Assembly: GCA_964645705.1 (NCBI GenBank)
Contig: CAZYAB010000002.1
Coordinates: 88,155-152,154 of the forward strand
Length of the DNA stretch: 64,000 bases
Source of the DNA: an uncultured Methanosarcinales archaeon
GTDB lineage: Archaea; Nanobdellota; Nanobdellia; Woesearchaeales; CAXGTL01
Direction of reading: 5' to 3'
Part shown: positions 1 through 11,000 of the stretch, piece after piece
How the letters are laid out: each line of letters starts with the position of its first letter
How positions within the stretch are numbered: the stretch's first letter is position 1
Program-made: the position numbers and the translations under genes
Notes under the pieces: model-generated
Seen by the model: only the letters and a program-made list of their open reading frames with translations
Told to the model about the DNA's origin: nothing
Database searches by the model: none

Positions 1-516
1 TCTGAAAGACAAAAAAGGCTTTATAATCTAAGAGGAAATGATAAATTCCATCCTCTTGTGTTTACGCATGGTGATTCTAAATGGGATAATTGGATTAATG
101 GAGTTTTGCTTGCAGATTTTGGAAGTACAAAGATCCAGACAGAGTACAAAGACATTGCAAAATCTTTGTTAGATTGTATCTATATTCATTCACCAAAAAT
201 CATAGACGGTTATATTGAGATTTATGAAAAACTTAGAAAAATATTTAGCAGACCTATGAGAGAATCATTAGATTCATTCAAAAGAAATGTTTATGATGCA
301 ATTCTTACAGAAAGTGTAAGAACAATTTATTACAAACACCAAATACCTGGTAAGGAATATTTAGTAAAGCAATTAGTTAAAATTGCAGAAACATATGCTG
401 ATAAAATAATTGAAATGGAAAAAGAAGATACTTTGTTTAATGATATTACAAGAAAATTTTCAGATCTTGGTAAGAGATTGGAGGGAATAAAAAATGAACA
501 TAAAAGAAGATCGTGA
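1..516 (+). CDS. C-terminal fragment of an APH/choline-kinase-like phosphotransferase (frame is open to the window edge; 'THGD...NWINGVLLADFG' catalytic-loop and DFG-like motifs)
   Basis: No stop in frame 1 from position 1. The HGD and DFG motif spacing is typical of the aminoglycoside/choline kinase fold. Confidence 0.4.
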   Translation, partial: SERQKRLYNLRGNDKFHPLVFTHGDSKWDNWINGVLLADFGSTKIQTEYKDIAKSLLDCIYIHSPKIIDGYIEIYEKLRKIFSRPMRESLDSFKRNVYDAILTESVRTIYYKHQIPGKEYLVKQLVKIAETYADKIIEMEKEDTLFNDITRKFSDLGKRLEGIKNEHKRRS

Positions 517-1282
517 TTGGCTTAAAAAAGCAATTGCTAATGATAAGCTTAATCCATTGTATAAACAAACAGAAGGCCATTATATAGAACCTATTTTAAT
601 ATTTGATAATGAATGGGTATTGATTAGGAATGATTGGGATTTGGTTGGAAAAGCAATTGCAGAGGCTTTTAATGTTCAATTATATGGTGGGAAACAAACA
701 AAAGAAAATTTCAAAGTTGATGTTGGTGAAGAACATCATTTACTTTATCAATGGAGCTCTGGATTAATAGAACAAGGTAAGTTTTGGGGGACTGTTTTAG
801 AAAGAGTGTATAATTTAGAACCAACAAAACAAAACATTGAAAAAATAAGTAAATGCCTAGAATTATTAACTACCGAAATAAATTATCCAATGATTGATTT
901 AGTAAAAAGATTGAAAAAAGCAGGATATAAAACAATCATGCTTTCTAATTCAACAAAAGAGATCAATGATGGCAATAATCAGAGATGTGAACAAGAAGGA
1001 TATAATTATTTTGATTTATTTGATAAGGCATATTTTTCGTTTAAAACTCATATTAGAAAACCATCTAAAGAATCATATGAAAATGTTCTTAATGATAATG
1101 GTTTGAAAGCAGAACAATGCATTTTTATAGATGACAAAGACATTAATTTAAGAGGGGCAAATGATTGCGGGATCTATGCAATAAAATATAAAATGCCAAA
1201 ATCAAATGAATCTTCTTATGAACTTGTCAGATCAGTGGAAAATCTAGAATATAAATTAAAAAGATTAGGATTAAAGTTCTAA
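494..1282 (+). CDS. HAD-superfamily hydrolase-like protein (motifs II-IV present: 'IMLSNS', 'K..PSKESY', 'IFIDDKDINLRGANDCG'; motif I degenerate)
   Basis: The C-terminal half matches the HAD motif IV 'DD' signature. The N-terminal DxD motif is not evident. Confidence 0.35.
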   Translation: MNIKEDRDWLKKAIANDKLNPLYKQTEGHYIEPILIFDNEWVLIRNDWDLVGKAIAEAFNVQLYGGKQTKENFKVDVGEEHHLLYQWSSGLIEQGKFWGTVLERVYNLEPTKQNIEKISKCLELLTTEINYPMIDLVKRLKKAGYKTIMLSNSTKEINDGNNQRCEQEGYNYFDLFDKAYFSFKTHIRKPSKESYENVLNDNGLKAEQCIFIDDKDINLRGANDCGIYAIKYKMPKSNESSYELVRSVENLEYKLKRLGLKF

Positions 1283-2211
1283 TCACTTTCTTTTTTTATC
1301 AACCCAAACAAAACAGTTGAACATAAGTGAACATTTCTTATGATCTCACCAATTCTATACAGAACAACATTTTCAATTCCTTTTTTCTTTTGCAATAATT
1401 TGTAAACATCATTCTTTAGTAATTTATCTTTAAGAACACCCACTTTGTGATTAAGTTCAATATTTTTTTTATAGAATGCATTGTAAAATGTGTTGTACAT
1501 TTCATTTGTTTCTCCAAGCAACTTAATTATGTCTTTTCCTAATTTAAATTTCTTTTTCTTATTCAGAAATGCATACAAATAATAATAAGCATGATGAGCA
1601 ATTGACAATTTAGATACTAGATAGAACAATAAATAAGAATCTTTTGTACCTTCTATCTTGTTTCTGATAATAACTCTTCTTGTAAAATTAGTATAATGAT
1701 CAACTATGTCTTTTTGTTCTTTTCTTTTCTGTAGATTTTTTAATTTACCTGACTTAATATCTTCTAACATTTCTTGTGATTCTTGTTTAATTATCAAGAA
1801 GATTTTTCTTAAGATTACGTCGAATTTTGTTGATGATGGTTCTGCAATATTTTGCACAACACAAACATCATCTGTTTCTTTTGTAACTTCAAATCCTAAT
1901 AATGTTTTTCTTGTTATTTCTTTGACATCTTCTAATTGTTGTTTTGTATGGTATTTAAGAGTAATCTTGTCAAAACCTTTTCTATATGTCTGATTTAATA
2001 TATTTCTAACTGTTCTTTCATTATAATCAGCAAGATCAAATCTAATAGCAACTTCAGGACTCTTTATATAAATTGGATGAACAATTAATTTAGAATCTTC
2101 TTCATTTATCTGTAATTCATCCCCGTATTTTAACTTGTTCTCATCTATCCATTTCTTTGGTAAATAGATAGTATACCCGCCTAATCCTTGCTTTATGATT
2201 TTTCTCTTCAT
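1279..2211 (-). CDS. AbrB/SpoVT swapped-hairpin N-terminal domain protein with a PhoU-like helical C-terminus (archaeal AbrB-PhoU type regulator, paralog 1)
   Basis: The N-terminus 'MKRKIIKQGLGGYTIYLPKKWIDENKLKYGDEL' is typical of the AbrB/MazE DNA-binding fold. Paralogous to 3666-4562 and 22744-23661. Confidence 0.5.
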   Translation of the reverse strand: MKRKIIKQGLGGYTIYLPKKWIDENKLKYGDELQINEEDSKLIVHPIYIKSPEVAIRFDLADYNERTVRNILNQTYRKGFDKITLKYHTKQQLEDVKEITRKTLLGFEVTKETDDVCVVQNIAEPSSTKFDVILRKIFLIIKQESQEMLEDIKSGKLKNLQKRKEQKDIVDHYTNFTRRVIIRNKIEGTKDSYLLFYLVSKLSIAHHAYYYLYAFLNKKKKFKLGKDIIKLLGETNEMYNTFYNAFYKKNIELNHKVGVLKDKLLKNDVYKLLQKKKGIENVVLYRIGEIIRNVHLCSTVLFGLIKKESD

Positions 2212-2257
2212 ATTTATATATGTTTGTTTTGATTATTTATAAATTTTTCTATATAAT

Positions 2258-2275
2258 ATCATTAATATTAATCAT
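2258..2275. promoter_or_regulatory. palindromic motif copy (ATCATTAATATTAATCAT) in the divergent intergenic region between AbrB-PhoU paralog 1 and the TPR operon
   Basis: See 16601-16618. The flanking ~70 nt are conserved with 5063-5134. Confidence 0.4.
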
Positions 2276-2379
2276 ATCAGCAAGATATTAATAATTTATT
2301 TACTATTCTAATATATAATAATCATTCTGCACCCTAAAAAAAGCCAGGTGATAGATACCAATACGCGGAGGAGATAAAT

Positions 2380-2514
2380 ATGTATGATTTAGAAGATATC
2401 ATGGAACTAGGCTCAGAAAGACAAAGAGCACAAGTTACAGCAATGTATCTTTCAGACATAGTTAAAGAAAAAGACGAACCTTTGCTAACAAGATTTGACT
2501 ATGACGATGAATAA
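2380..2514 (+). CDS. small acidic hypothetical protein (44 aa, MYDLEDIMELGSERQ...DYDDE), 2 nt upstream of the TPR gene
   Basis: GGAGG 6 nt upstream of the ATG. Below the ORF-track size cutoff. Confidence 0.3.
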   Translation: MYDLEDIMELGSERQRAQVTAMYLSDIVKEKDEPLLTRFDYDDE

Positions 2515-2516
2515 AA

Positions 2517-3665
2517 ATGGCACTAGATAAAAAAACATTAAGACAAGAAAAAAGTGCATTTGAATTAGTAGATAGGATGAATAATAAACTTTGTGGATTG
2601 TGCCCAGAAAAGATAAATGAATATATTCGTCACAATCCTGATGATTCAGATGCTTATGTTGTAAAAGGAATAATGATGCAGAAAGGGGACTATACAGAAG
2701 CATTACAATTCTTTAGATATGCAATGGACAAGTTTCCTGACAATAACCTCTTATTCTTTGCAAAAGGAACACTTTATGAGCACCACAATCTCTCAGACTA
2801 TGCAATTGCTTGTTTTGAAAGATCATTGCAAATAAATCCTAATACCTTCGAATCAATTGTTAACTTAGGAACATTATATAATAGAAAAGGCAAATATGAA
2901 AAAGCAAAAAAATATTGGAACCAAATAATTGAAATGGATCCTAGTTTGGATATAGGATGGTTTGGTTTGTCAAAGTCTGAATATAATTTACAGGATTATG
3001 ATAATGCGCTAGAACATCTGAACAAAGCTATTGAAAATGTGCCAAAAGATTGTTATCTTGCGCACAGAGGTTCTTCAGAAATGGTTTTAGCATCATATAT
3101 TATGAGCAGAGCAGAATTCTATCTTAATAATGATAAAATAGATGATGCAATGAAAGATATTGAACAAGCATTTAAAGTCGATAAAGAAACAACTGCTAAA
3201 TCAATAGAACAAGCTTCTTTTCATTTTTTAAAAAATGATAGAGCAGATATTGCAAGACTTTTAACAGAAAAATTAGTTGATCTAGAACCAAGGATAGTTG
3301 AAAGTCCTTTTTATAATCCGACTCTTGCTGCACTGCACTTAATAGAAGGTAATCATGAAAAAGCAGAAGAAATATGTATAAGTGAATTGGTAAAATTAGG
3401 TATTGATGAAATTACTTTAATGAATACAAAAGCAAGATTCTTAGCAGCAACTGGTAATCTTGAAGAATCAATCAAAGTATGCGAACAAATAATTGAAAAA
3501 ACAAATGATTATGGCCACGCATTAAATATAATTGGAATGGCAAAACAAATTGGCGATGATGAAACAGCGAATAAATATAAAAAAATCATAAAAAAAGACA
3601 AAGATTTAGTTGCTAAATTAAAGTCTAAGTTTGGCGACAGCAGAATTGATGATGTTCTAGAATAA
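2517..3665 (+). CDS. tetratricopeptide (TPR) repeat protein
   Basis: Multiple 34-aa repeats with the W/LG/Y...A...F...A...P pattern ('ALQFFRYAMDKFPDN', 'AIACFERSLQINPN', 'AKKYWNQIIEMDPS'). Confidence 0.7.
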   Translation: MALDKKTLRQEKSAFELVDRMNNKLCGLCPEKINEYIRHNPDDSDAYVVKGIMMQKGDYTEALQFFRYAMDKFPDNNLLFFAKGTLYEHHNLSDYAIACFERSLQINPNTFESIVNLGTLYNRKGKYEKAKKYWNQIIEMDPSLDIGWFGLSKSEYNLQDYDNALEHLNKAIENVPKDCYLAHRGSSEMVLASYIMSRAEFYLNNDKIDDAMKDIEQAFKVDKETTAKSIEQASFHFLKNDRADIARLLTEKLVDLEPRIVESPFYNPTLAALHLIEGNHEKAEEICISELVKLGIDEITLMNTKARFLAATGNLEESIKVCEQIIEKTNDYGHALNIIGMAKQIGDDETANKYKKIIKKDKDLVAKLKSKFGDSRIDDVLE

Positions 3666-4562
3666 TCAATCATCAAACTTTAATGTAAATATGTCGCCAT
3701 ATAAAGAATTCAATAATCTTGCTAGATTATGAAAATGAATAGTTGCTTTATTAACTTTTTTTGTTAATTTTATCTTATTCTTTAATCTATAAGTCATTAT
3801 AGAGTGTTCTTTGTACTTATTCACGTCATATTTATAGAATAATTCATGTGCTGCTCTTAGAATCTCTGTTATTTTATTTCTAAGTTTTCTACCTCTGTTT
3901 CTTGAACTAATATTTGAACAAAAATCTAATAATAACCACCTAAATTCATCAGATATTTTTTCTAGTCTGTCTAAAATTAAGTAATAAAGGTGGGTTTTTT
4001 TAAATTCAATGTGTCCTTTTTTCATGAGTATTCTTTGACAATAATTAATTAATTTCTTTATGTTTTTGTCTAAGGACTTTACTTGAATAGCATCAGCTTT
4101 GGCTTCTGAAAGTTCGATCAATAAAAGTAGTATTCTTCTAAATACAACTTTAAAATCTTCTTCTGATTCTTTTGTTATTTCTTTTATTATTATGTATTCA
4201 TTTTTTTGCTCAACTATTTCACAACCTATTAATTTTTGTTCTATTATCTCTATAATCCTTGACAATACTTTATTGTCGATAAAACTAATTTTTATTTCAT
4301 CAACACCTGCTCTATAGAGTCCTTGGAGAACCTTGATAATAGATCCAGCATAATCCTCAGAATTGATATTGTGTCTTTTTTGTGGTCCTTTGTGTGAAGA
4401 AATAATTATCTTATCACCAACTATGTCTAATTCGATTTTTCTTACTTTATCTAATCCTTCTTGTTTAACCCATTCTATTGGTAATGTCACTGTGTATGAT
4501 TTTCTTTTCTTTGGTCCTTGGGCTGTTAATTTCTTTTCCATATTCATTAGATATATTGCCAA
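3666..4562 (-). CDS. AbrB-PhoU type regulator paralog 2
   Basis: N-terminus 'KSYTVTLPIEWVKQEGLDKVRKIELDIVGDKIIISS', AbrB-like. The C-terminus has the same architecture as 1279-2211. Confidence 0.45.
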   Translation of the reverse strand: MAIYLMNMEKKLTAQGPKKRKSYTVTLPIEWVKQEGLDKVRKIELDIVGDKIIISSHKGPQKRHNINSEDYAGSIIKVLQGLYRAGVDEIKISFIDNKVLSRIIEIIEQKLIGCEIVEQKNEYIIIKEITKESEEDFKVVFRRILLLLIELSEAKADAIQVKSLDKNIKKLINYCQRILMKKGHIEFKKTHLYYLILDRLEKISDEFRWLLLDFCSNISSRNRGRKLRNKITEILRAAHELFYKYDVNKYKEHSIMTYRLKNKIKLTKKVNKATIHFHNLARLLNSLYGDIFTLKFDD

Positions 4563-4695
4563 CTATTTAAACTTTTCGTTAGTTATAGTGTATAATATTA
4601 CAAATATTTTGTATTAGTTTAAACTATATATATCTGGTTTACTTCCTAATTCCTGCGGTGATGGAGATTTTTTAGACAATAAGGAGGCGGATAAA

Positions 4696-5007
4696 ATGGA
4701 AAATTTGGAAAAAGTAATAAGACAAGATTGGGACGAATCTGAAAGAGGCTGGGGATGCAGATCAGACGGTTGTTCTCTACACCTTAGCATAGAGGACAGG
4801 GATTCCTATGTAAGAGACTACTGGAGCACTATGCCTGATGAAGCACCTGATGAGTATGAAAGACCAGAAGGCGAACCATATGCTGTGTATATTGAGAAAG
4901 AGTTGTATGATCAAGTAGCACAGTCATCTAATGGAATCAGGCTGTCTAAGCATAAATTATTAGGATGTTCAACTGGAAAGAGAATAAAGATGCTTCGTGA
5001 CGTTTGA
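4696..5007 (+). CDS. hypothetical protein
   Basis: ORF preceded by 'AAGGAGG' (4679-4685). Confidence 0.4.
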   Translation: MENLEKVIRQDWDESERGWGCRSDGCSLHLSIEDRDSYVRDYWSTMPDEAPDEYERPEGEPYAVYIEKELYDQVAQSSNGIRLSKHKLLGCSTGKRIKMLRDV

Positions 5008-5072
5008 TACAATATAAATATTTTTTTTTATAATCCAAATCAGCCCAAAATAAGGGCATTTTCCAATATAAT

Positions 5073-5090
5073 ATCATTAATATTAATGAT
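5073..5090. promoter_or_regulatory. palindromic motif copy (ATCATTAATATTAATGAT, perfect dyad), upstream of ORF 5177
   Basis: See 16601-16618. Confidence 0.4.
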
Positions 5091-5176
5091 ATGCAATAAC
5101 TATTAATAACTTGTTTACACTATATATTACTATACAAGAAAGAGGTTCTGATAGAGATTCCAATTAACTAACTAAG

Positions 5177-5440
5177 GTGAAAACTATGTGTAAAGAAAGA
5201 ACATGCGGGAAATACCAAATTCCTCTTGACAGGATTGCAAAAGCTGCTAAAAAGCTTGAAGGCATGACTGTAAGGCCAGGAACAAAACACCCATACATAA
5301 TGGTACATCCTAGTATGGAAAAATCGTGTCCTGTTGCAAAAACAAGCGATGCAAAGAAGATGATTGTTCCATGGATCATGGAAGCAACTGGTTATGATCA
5401 TAGGACAGTTTACCAAGGTATTAGAAAAGGTAAGTGGTAG
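5177..5440 (+). CDS. hypothetical small basic protein
   Basis: ORF with an 'AAGGTGAAAA' leader. The same leader recurs at 5483. Confidence 0.3.
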   Translation: MKTMCKERTCGKYQIPLDRIAKAAKKLEGMTVRPGTKHPYIMVHPSMEKSCPVAKTSDAKKMIVPWIMEATGYDHRTVYQGIRKGKW

Positions 5441-5494
5441 ATAAAAAAGAGCACATGGTAGAGATCAAGTAAAAAACCTAACCAAGGTGAAAAA

Positions 5495-5653
5495 TATGAA
5501 AAACGAATATGTAAAACGATTGGAAAACATTGCAGATGTTGTAAAAGAAATCTATGTACTGAATGCAGAATCAAAAGTACGTGAAGCACGAGAGTATAAA
5601 GTAATGAAGAATGGTGAAGTTTACTCTGCAAAAGAACTAAGACTATCACTTGA
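5495..5653 (+). CDS. hypothetical small protein (52 aa)
   Basis: 'CCAAGGTGAAAAATATG' leader paralogous to the one upstream of 5177. Not in the ORF track (<60 aa). Confidence 0.25.
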
Positions 5654-5697
5654 ATGATTTGAACAAATAAATTAATAAAGCAAGAGGCTGACAAAAA

Positions 5698-6468
5698 ATG
5701 AAAATAGCAAAAGGATTGTATGACGTGATTTTTAATAATTTTAAACCTAAAGCAAAATCACATGCTTGTACTGGCAGAATCCCTGATTATACAGAAGTAA
5801 TGGAAAGATTGAATTGGGGAAGAAAAGACGAACAATTCGAAATAAACAAAGCATTTTCACAGCCAATATATGAATCATTAGAGGCAATGCTTGGCAATTC
5901 TGTGAATAAGTATGGTTCCAGAAGAAAGATTGCTGAACTAGATGCATCACTATCAATGAACAGGTTTGGTTTTGATGGTTATGCTAGACAAGTTAGAGAT
6001 GTTCAAGAAGGAACAAAAGATTTCATGGTACACGGAAGTACAAATAAGTTAGGATATCATTTGTTGATAGATAATGATAATATTGAACTTTTGGTAGAAT
6101 ATAAAAAAGATAAAAACCCAGAAATCTTTATTTTCAATAGAAATAATCTAAATGATCGTTTACATTTTAGACTTGCTAAAGATGGTTCTGTTAATGTAGT
6201 TAATTCTTCAGGCATGACATGTGGACAAGCACTCAAAGTCTTCGAAGCTTACAAACCATTCTTGATAAAACTAAAACAAAACAAGAATTTCAAAGATTTA
6301 TACAAAAAAGATGAAGATGAAGAAAAAAATCATGCACTTGCAGCTTATCTAGATGAAGCACAAATCATGAAAGAAAAAATGGAGCTTAAGAAAAGGAAAA
6401 ATGAAAGAGAAAAATACCCAAAACATGTTTACACAAGCCCTAAGCAAATTAAAATCAATTTTAAATAA
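5698..6468 (+). CDS. hypothetical protein. Its stop lies 19 nt upstream of the ARC ATPase start, so it is possibly the first gene of the Pup-like operon
   Basis: ORF with an AGAGG RBS. No recognisable motifs. Confidence 0.45.
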   Translation: MKIAKGLYDVIFNNFKPKAKSHACTGRIPDYTEVMERLNWGRKDEQFEINKAFSQPIYESLEAMLGNSVNKYGSRRKIAELDASLSMNRFGFDGYARQVRDVQEGTKDFMVHGSTNKLGYHLLIDNDNIELLVEYKKDKNPEIFIFNRNNLNDRLHFRLAKDGSVNVVNSSGMTCGQALKVFEAYKPFLIKLKQNKNFKDLYKKDEDEEKNHALAAYLDEAQIMKEKMELKKRKNEREKYPKHVYTSPKQIKINFK

Positions 6469-6487
6469 AGAACAAGGAGGATTAAAA

Positions 6488-8047
6488 ATGACTGATGAAG
6501 AAAATATAATAAATATTGGTGAAACAATAAATAGACCTGATTTAAGACAAAGGCAACCAGATTTAGCACAACAAAACCTGGCGTTAAAAGATAGGCTAGG
6601 AAAATTCGAACTTTTAGCACACAAACAAAGAGAAAAGCTAGAAGAAGCACAAGCATTTGTTCAAAAAGTTTTATCACCGCCGCACACATTAGCAACATTG
6701 CTAAATTTTAATGAAGAAGTTGCTCAGGTTGTTATGGATAATGGACAAAAATTTGAAGTTAATTATATAAACGAATTATTAGAAAATTTTGAAAAAGGTC
6801 AAAGAGTTTACCTAAACCCGCAATCATTATCAATTGTAAAAATAAAAGACAAAGAAAATCATGGTTATTGTGCTGTTATTGACGATGTATTAGAAGACAG
6901 GGTTAAGATAACTATAGATGGCAGACAAAGACTGATTGACAAAGGCAATAATGGTGTAAACATAGGTGACACTGTGATTGTTGACGCATCATTGTCAATG
7001 GTATTAGAAGGACTTGGTAAACAAAGTAAAGATTATTCTGTAAACAAGATTGAAGAAGTAAGATGGGATATGATTGGTGGTTTGGATTATGCTGTTAATG
7101 ATATAATGAAGATAATTGAAGAACCATTTTTGCATAAAGAAACATATCAAAGATACGGACTTAGCATTCCAAAAGGAATATTGCTTCATGGTCCGCCTAG
7201 ATGTGGTAAGACAATGATTGCAAAAGCAGTTGCTTATTCATTGCAAGAAAAACTTAGACAAGAATCAGAAAACCCTGATCTAAAAGGAACTTTCTTTAGT
7301 ATAAAAGGACCAGAATTCCTTAGCAAATGGGTTGGTGAAGGAGAACGTATGGTAAGAGAATTATTTGATAGAGCAAGACAAGCTTCATATGAACACCAAG
7401 GAATGCCGACTATAATCTTTTTTGATGAAGCAGAATCCTCATTCAAGAAAAGAGGATCAGACATGTCAGCGCATTACATGGATCCATTGATAAACACATT
7501 TTTAGCTGAAATGGATGGTATGAATGGTTCAGATAACTTGATCTGGATCTTGGCAACTAATAGAGCAGACCTAATGGACCCTGCAATTTTAGGCCCTGGA
7601 AGAATAGATAAAAAGATCTATATTGGTAGGCCTGACAAAAAAGCATGCCAAGCAATATTCGAGATCTATCTAAAGAATGTCCCATTATATAATTCACATA
7701 CAATCGAACAGATTGCTGAACATGCTGCATCAGAATTATTCAGTGACAAGAGAAAAATTGCACAAGTTGATTTTGTAGATGGAATGAAAGATTTTATGCA
7801 TTATAGAGACATTGTAAGCGGAGCTCTTGTTAAATCAGTTGTTGACAATGCAATCAGGTATGCAATTGAAAGAGATATTGCGAATGGTGAAAGAGGAATC
7901 AAGCAAGAAGATTTGCTAAGAGCAATTGATGAAGTAATAAAAGCAGATGAAAAGGTTTTGCCAAGCATGATTCTTAAAGATGATATTGAGAACAAGTTTG
8001 GTAAGAGGTTCCAATATATCCAAGGAATCAATCCGTATAGCGGATAG
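6488..8047 (+). CDS. arc: ARC/Mpa-like proteasome-associated AAA+ ATPase (N-terminal coiled coil, tandem OB region, AAA module)
   Basis: 'GILLHGPPRCGKTMIAKAVA' (Walker A); 'FFSIKGPEFLSKWVGEGERMVRELFDRAR'; 'IIFFDEAESSF' (Walker B); 'ILATNRADLMDPAILGPGRID'. Near-collinear with Mpa/ARC. Strong GGAGG at 6475. The start is taken at M30 of the track ORF. Confidence 0.85.
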   Translation: MTDEENIINIGETINRPDLRQRQPDLAQQNLALKDRLGKFELLAHKQREKLEEAQAFVQKVLSPPHTLATLLNFNEEVAQVVMDNGQKFEVNYINELLENFEKGQRVYLNPQSLSIVKIKDKENHGYCAVIDDVLEDRVKITIDGRQRLIDKGNNGVNIGDTVIVDASLSMVLEGLGKQSKDYSVNKIEEVRWDMIGGLDYAVNDIMKIIEEPFLHKETYQRYGLSIPKGILLHGPPRCGKTMIAKAVAYSLQEKLRQESENPDLKGTFFSIKGPEFLSKWVGEGERMVRELFDRARQASYEHQGMPTIIFFDEAESSFKKRGSDMSAHYMDPLINTFLAEMDGMNGSDNLIWILATNRADLMDPAILGPGRIDKKIYIGRPDKKACQAIFEIYLKNVPLYNSHTIEQIAEHAASELFSDKRKIAQVDFVDGMKDFMHYRDIVSGALVKSVVDNAIRYAIERDIANGERGIKQEDLLRAIDEVIKADEKVLPSMILKDDIENKFGKRFQYIQGINPYSG

Positions 8048-8065
8048 AATCTAGGAGAAAACAAA

Positions 8066-11000
8066 ATGGCAATAAAGAGGACAATTGGATCTGAAACAGA
8101 ATATGGTATTTTAGGCACTGCAAAGACTGTTAGTCAATACACTTTAGCAGACAGAGTTGTTGATGCATATATAAGAGGACAAAATCATTTTAATAGTGGC
8201 GATACTAATGAATCTGTTATAGAAGATATGACTGATGATGGACACGTAGGTGGTGACTATGGTGCTGGCAGGTCAATAAGTGTTGGTGCAAGTGGTGCAT
8301 ATCCTGCATCAAGCGGATGGGGAAGAAACTATGATTATGGTTATCAAGGAACTCATGTTGCTTACAGAACTACTTATGTGGCTCCTGCAACAACATGTGC
8401 TAGTCATGATGTTAGCAAGATGATTGAAAATGGTTCAAGATTCTATGTTGACATGGGCCATCCAGAATTATCAACACCAGAATGTGCTGGTGCTGTTGAA
8501 TTCGTAATATATGATAAAGCAGGTGAAGTAATAGTTAACCAAGCAGCTAAAAAAGCATCAAACCCAAGAAACAAGATAACTATATTTAAGAATAATTCAG
8601 ATGGAAAAGGAAAATCATTTGGATGTCATGAAAATTATCTAATGCAAAGAATGACTCAGCAAGAATTTGCTAATAAATTAGCTCCAATACTGATTCCATT
8701 TTTTGTTACAAGACAGATCTTTACAGGTTCTGGTAAAATTGGTGTTGAAAAGCCAAGTGGACAAGGTGGAATAGAACATTATAGAAGAGACATATTAAAA
8801 GATTTTGAAATCCTGAGAACACATTTTATTGGTTTAGAAGATGAATATTCAATTGTTAGAAATAATATCCATGATTTGTTTAAATTATATGATAAAAGAG
8901 TAGGAAGTCAACAAGAAATATTTCAATTATCACAAAGAGCTGATTTTATGGAATGTAGGATTGGTCTTCAGACAACATACGATAGACCATTGGTTAATAC
9001 AAGAGATGAACCTCATGCTGATAAAGAAAAATATATGCGTCTTCACGTTATAGTTGGAGATGCAAACATGTCAGAGATAGCTGATTATCTAAAAGTTGGT
9101 ACAACATCACTTGTTTTGGATTTGATAGAAGATAATTTGTTTCAACCATTTCAATTAATGGATCCTGTTACAGCTATTAAATCAATTTCAAGAGACCAAA
9201 GCATGAAATGGATAACATCATTAAAAAATGGAAAAACTGTTTCAGCAATTGACATACAAAGATGGTACCTTGCTGCTGCTAAAAATAATTATGCAGGTAG
9301 AGACGAAATAACAGATGATATTCTTGCTAGATGGGAATATGTTTTAGACACACTAGAAAAAGATCCAATGGAATTATCTGGATGGGTAGACTGGGTCTTG
9401 AAAAAAGCAATGATCCAAGATTATATGGTAAAAAATCAAGTTCCTATTAATGATCCTGCTGTAAAAAACTTAGCATTACAATTTCATGATGTTGACAGAG
9501 AAACTAGTTTGTTCTACCTAATGCAAAGAAAAGGTTTTTCAGAAAGGTTAATTTCAGATGAACAAATACTAAATGCAGTTAATAATCCTCCAGAAAACAC
9601 TCGTGCATATTTCAGAGGAATGTGGTTAAAGAAATATGATATTGATAGAGCTGACTGGGGTGAACTAGAACTAACTGTAAATGGAACAAAAGTAGACATT
9701 AACATTGACGATCCCTTCAAAGGAACTAAAAAAGATTATGAAACATTGTTTGAGAAATGTGCAAATGCAGAAGAAGCTGTTGAAGAACTTAAGAAAGAAG
9801 AATATGATGTAACAGTTGATGAAAAAACACAGTCATGGGTTTCAAGAGGAATTGGTTTTGTTAAGAATAAGATAACTGGCAAAGGTAAGAAAAAAGCAAA
9901 GTCAAAAAAGAAATCAACAAAGAAAACAGCAAAAGTAAAGAGTGCAAAAGAACTAGCAACAGACCTACAAACAAAATCAGTAAAACAAAGACAATTAGAA
10001 ATACTTGATAACAGAACAAGTCCTGGAAGACAGATTGGTCAAACAAGTAGACAGCTTAGTTTTAATGATGTTGACGAACTTAGTGATAAGGTTATGGAAC
10101 AAGCTGAAAATGATTATGTCAGGTTTCATGACAATGAACTAGTCAGGTCAGAGTATGAAGCTTTAAGGGATATTGCATTACAATACTATAACAAACCTGT
10201 TGAAGAAATTTTTTGGAATATAGGATATGAAGAATATGGTAGCTATATTAGAATTGAAGGAAGGCATGTTGTTCAATTAAATTTAAGATATCAAAATTTA
10301 GTAGAGATCCCAGAACAAATAACTAGTTTTAACAAATTAAGGCATTTGGATTTAGAAGGTAATGAAATAACAGAAGTCAGTTATGTCGCAGATTTAGAAG
10401 AATTAACATACATTGATTTACAGGGAAATCCTATAGATGTTTATAAAAGTGCAGATGTGTTGAATGAATTGCATAAAAGGGAAGTAAGAATTCGTCCTCC
10501 AAAACTAGTTGATGAACTCTGTGATCTTAATTTAGAAGATTCTGTGTCAGCAGATGGTAAAGAAGTTTATGAGTTTAATGGAGAATTATTTGTTATTACA
10601 GATGAAAAAGAACAACCACAACCATCAGAACTCGACGAAACACAAGACGACATAAGCGACGTAGTCGAAGCTGTAATTTGTGGTGGTGCTGTAGGTAATG
10701 GCAATGTTGGCGTCATAGACGTAGGCGGTGACACTGTATATTTTCATGACAGAGAATTAGTTAGAGAAGAGTATGAGGCATTAGAAGATTTAGCACAACA
10801 ATATTTTGACAAAAGTGCTGATGAATATTTTAGCACAGATCTTCGTATATTAGATCCTAATTGTTTTGTTGACATTACCAATAGTCATGTAGCATGCATA
10901 ATGTTGTGTGATACAGGTTTAGAAGAAATCCCTGAACAAATTTCAAAGTTAAGCAAATTATTAAGACTTCACATTGGATACAATAAAATTTCAGATATTG

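Noticed and set aside
1706-1993. Numerous antisense or alternative-frame ORFs embedded in larger genes (for example 1706-1993, 4099-4317, 9514-9720, 21834-22200, 45277-47484, 58077-58467)
   Set aside because: They are fully contained in longer, motif-supported ORFs on the opposite strand or in another frame. They show low-complexity translations typical of AT-rich shadow frames.
6401-6487. The N-terminal 29 codons of the ORF-track call for the ARC ATPase (start at 6401)
   Set aside because: The strong GGAGG at 6475-6479 precedes the ATG at 6488. The upstream extension overlaps the end of the preceding gene (stop at 6468) in another frame, so the shorter start is more plausible.
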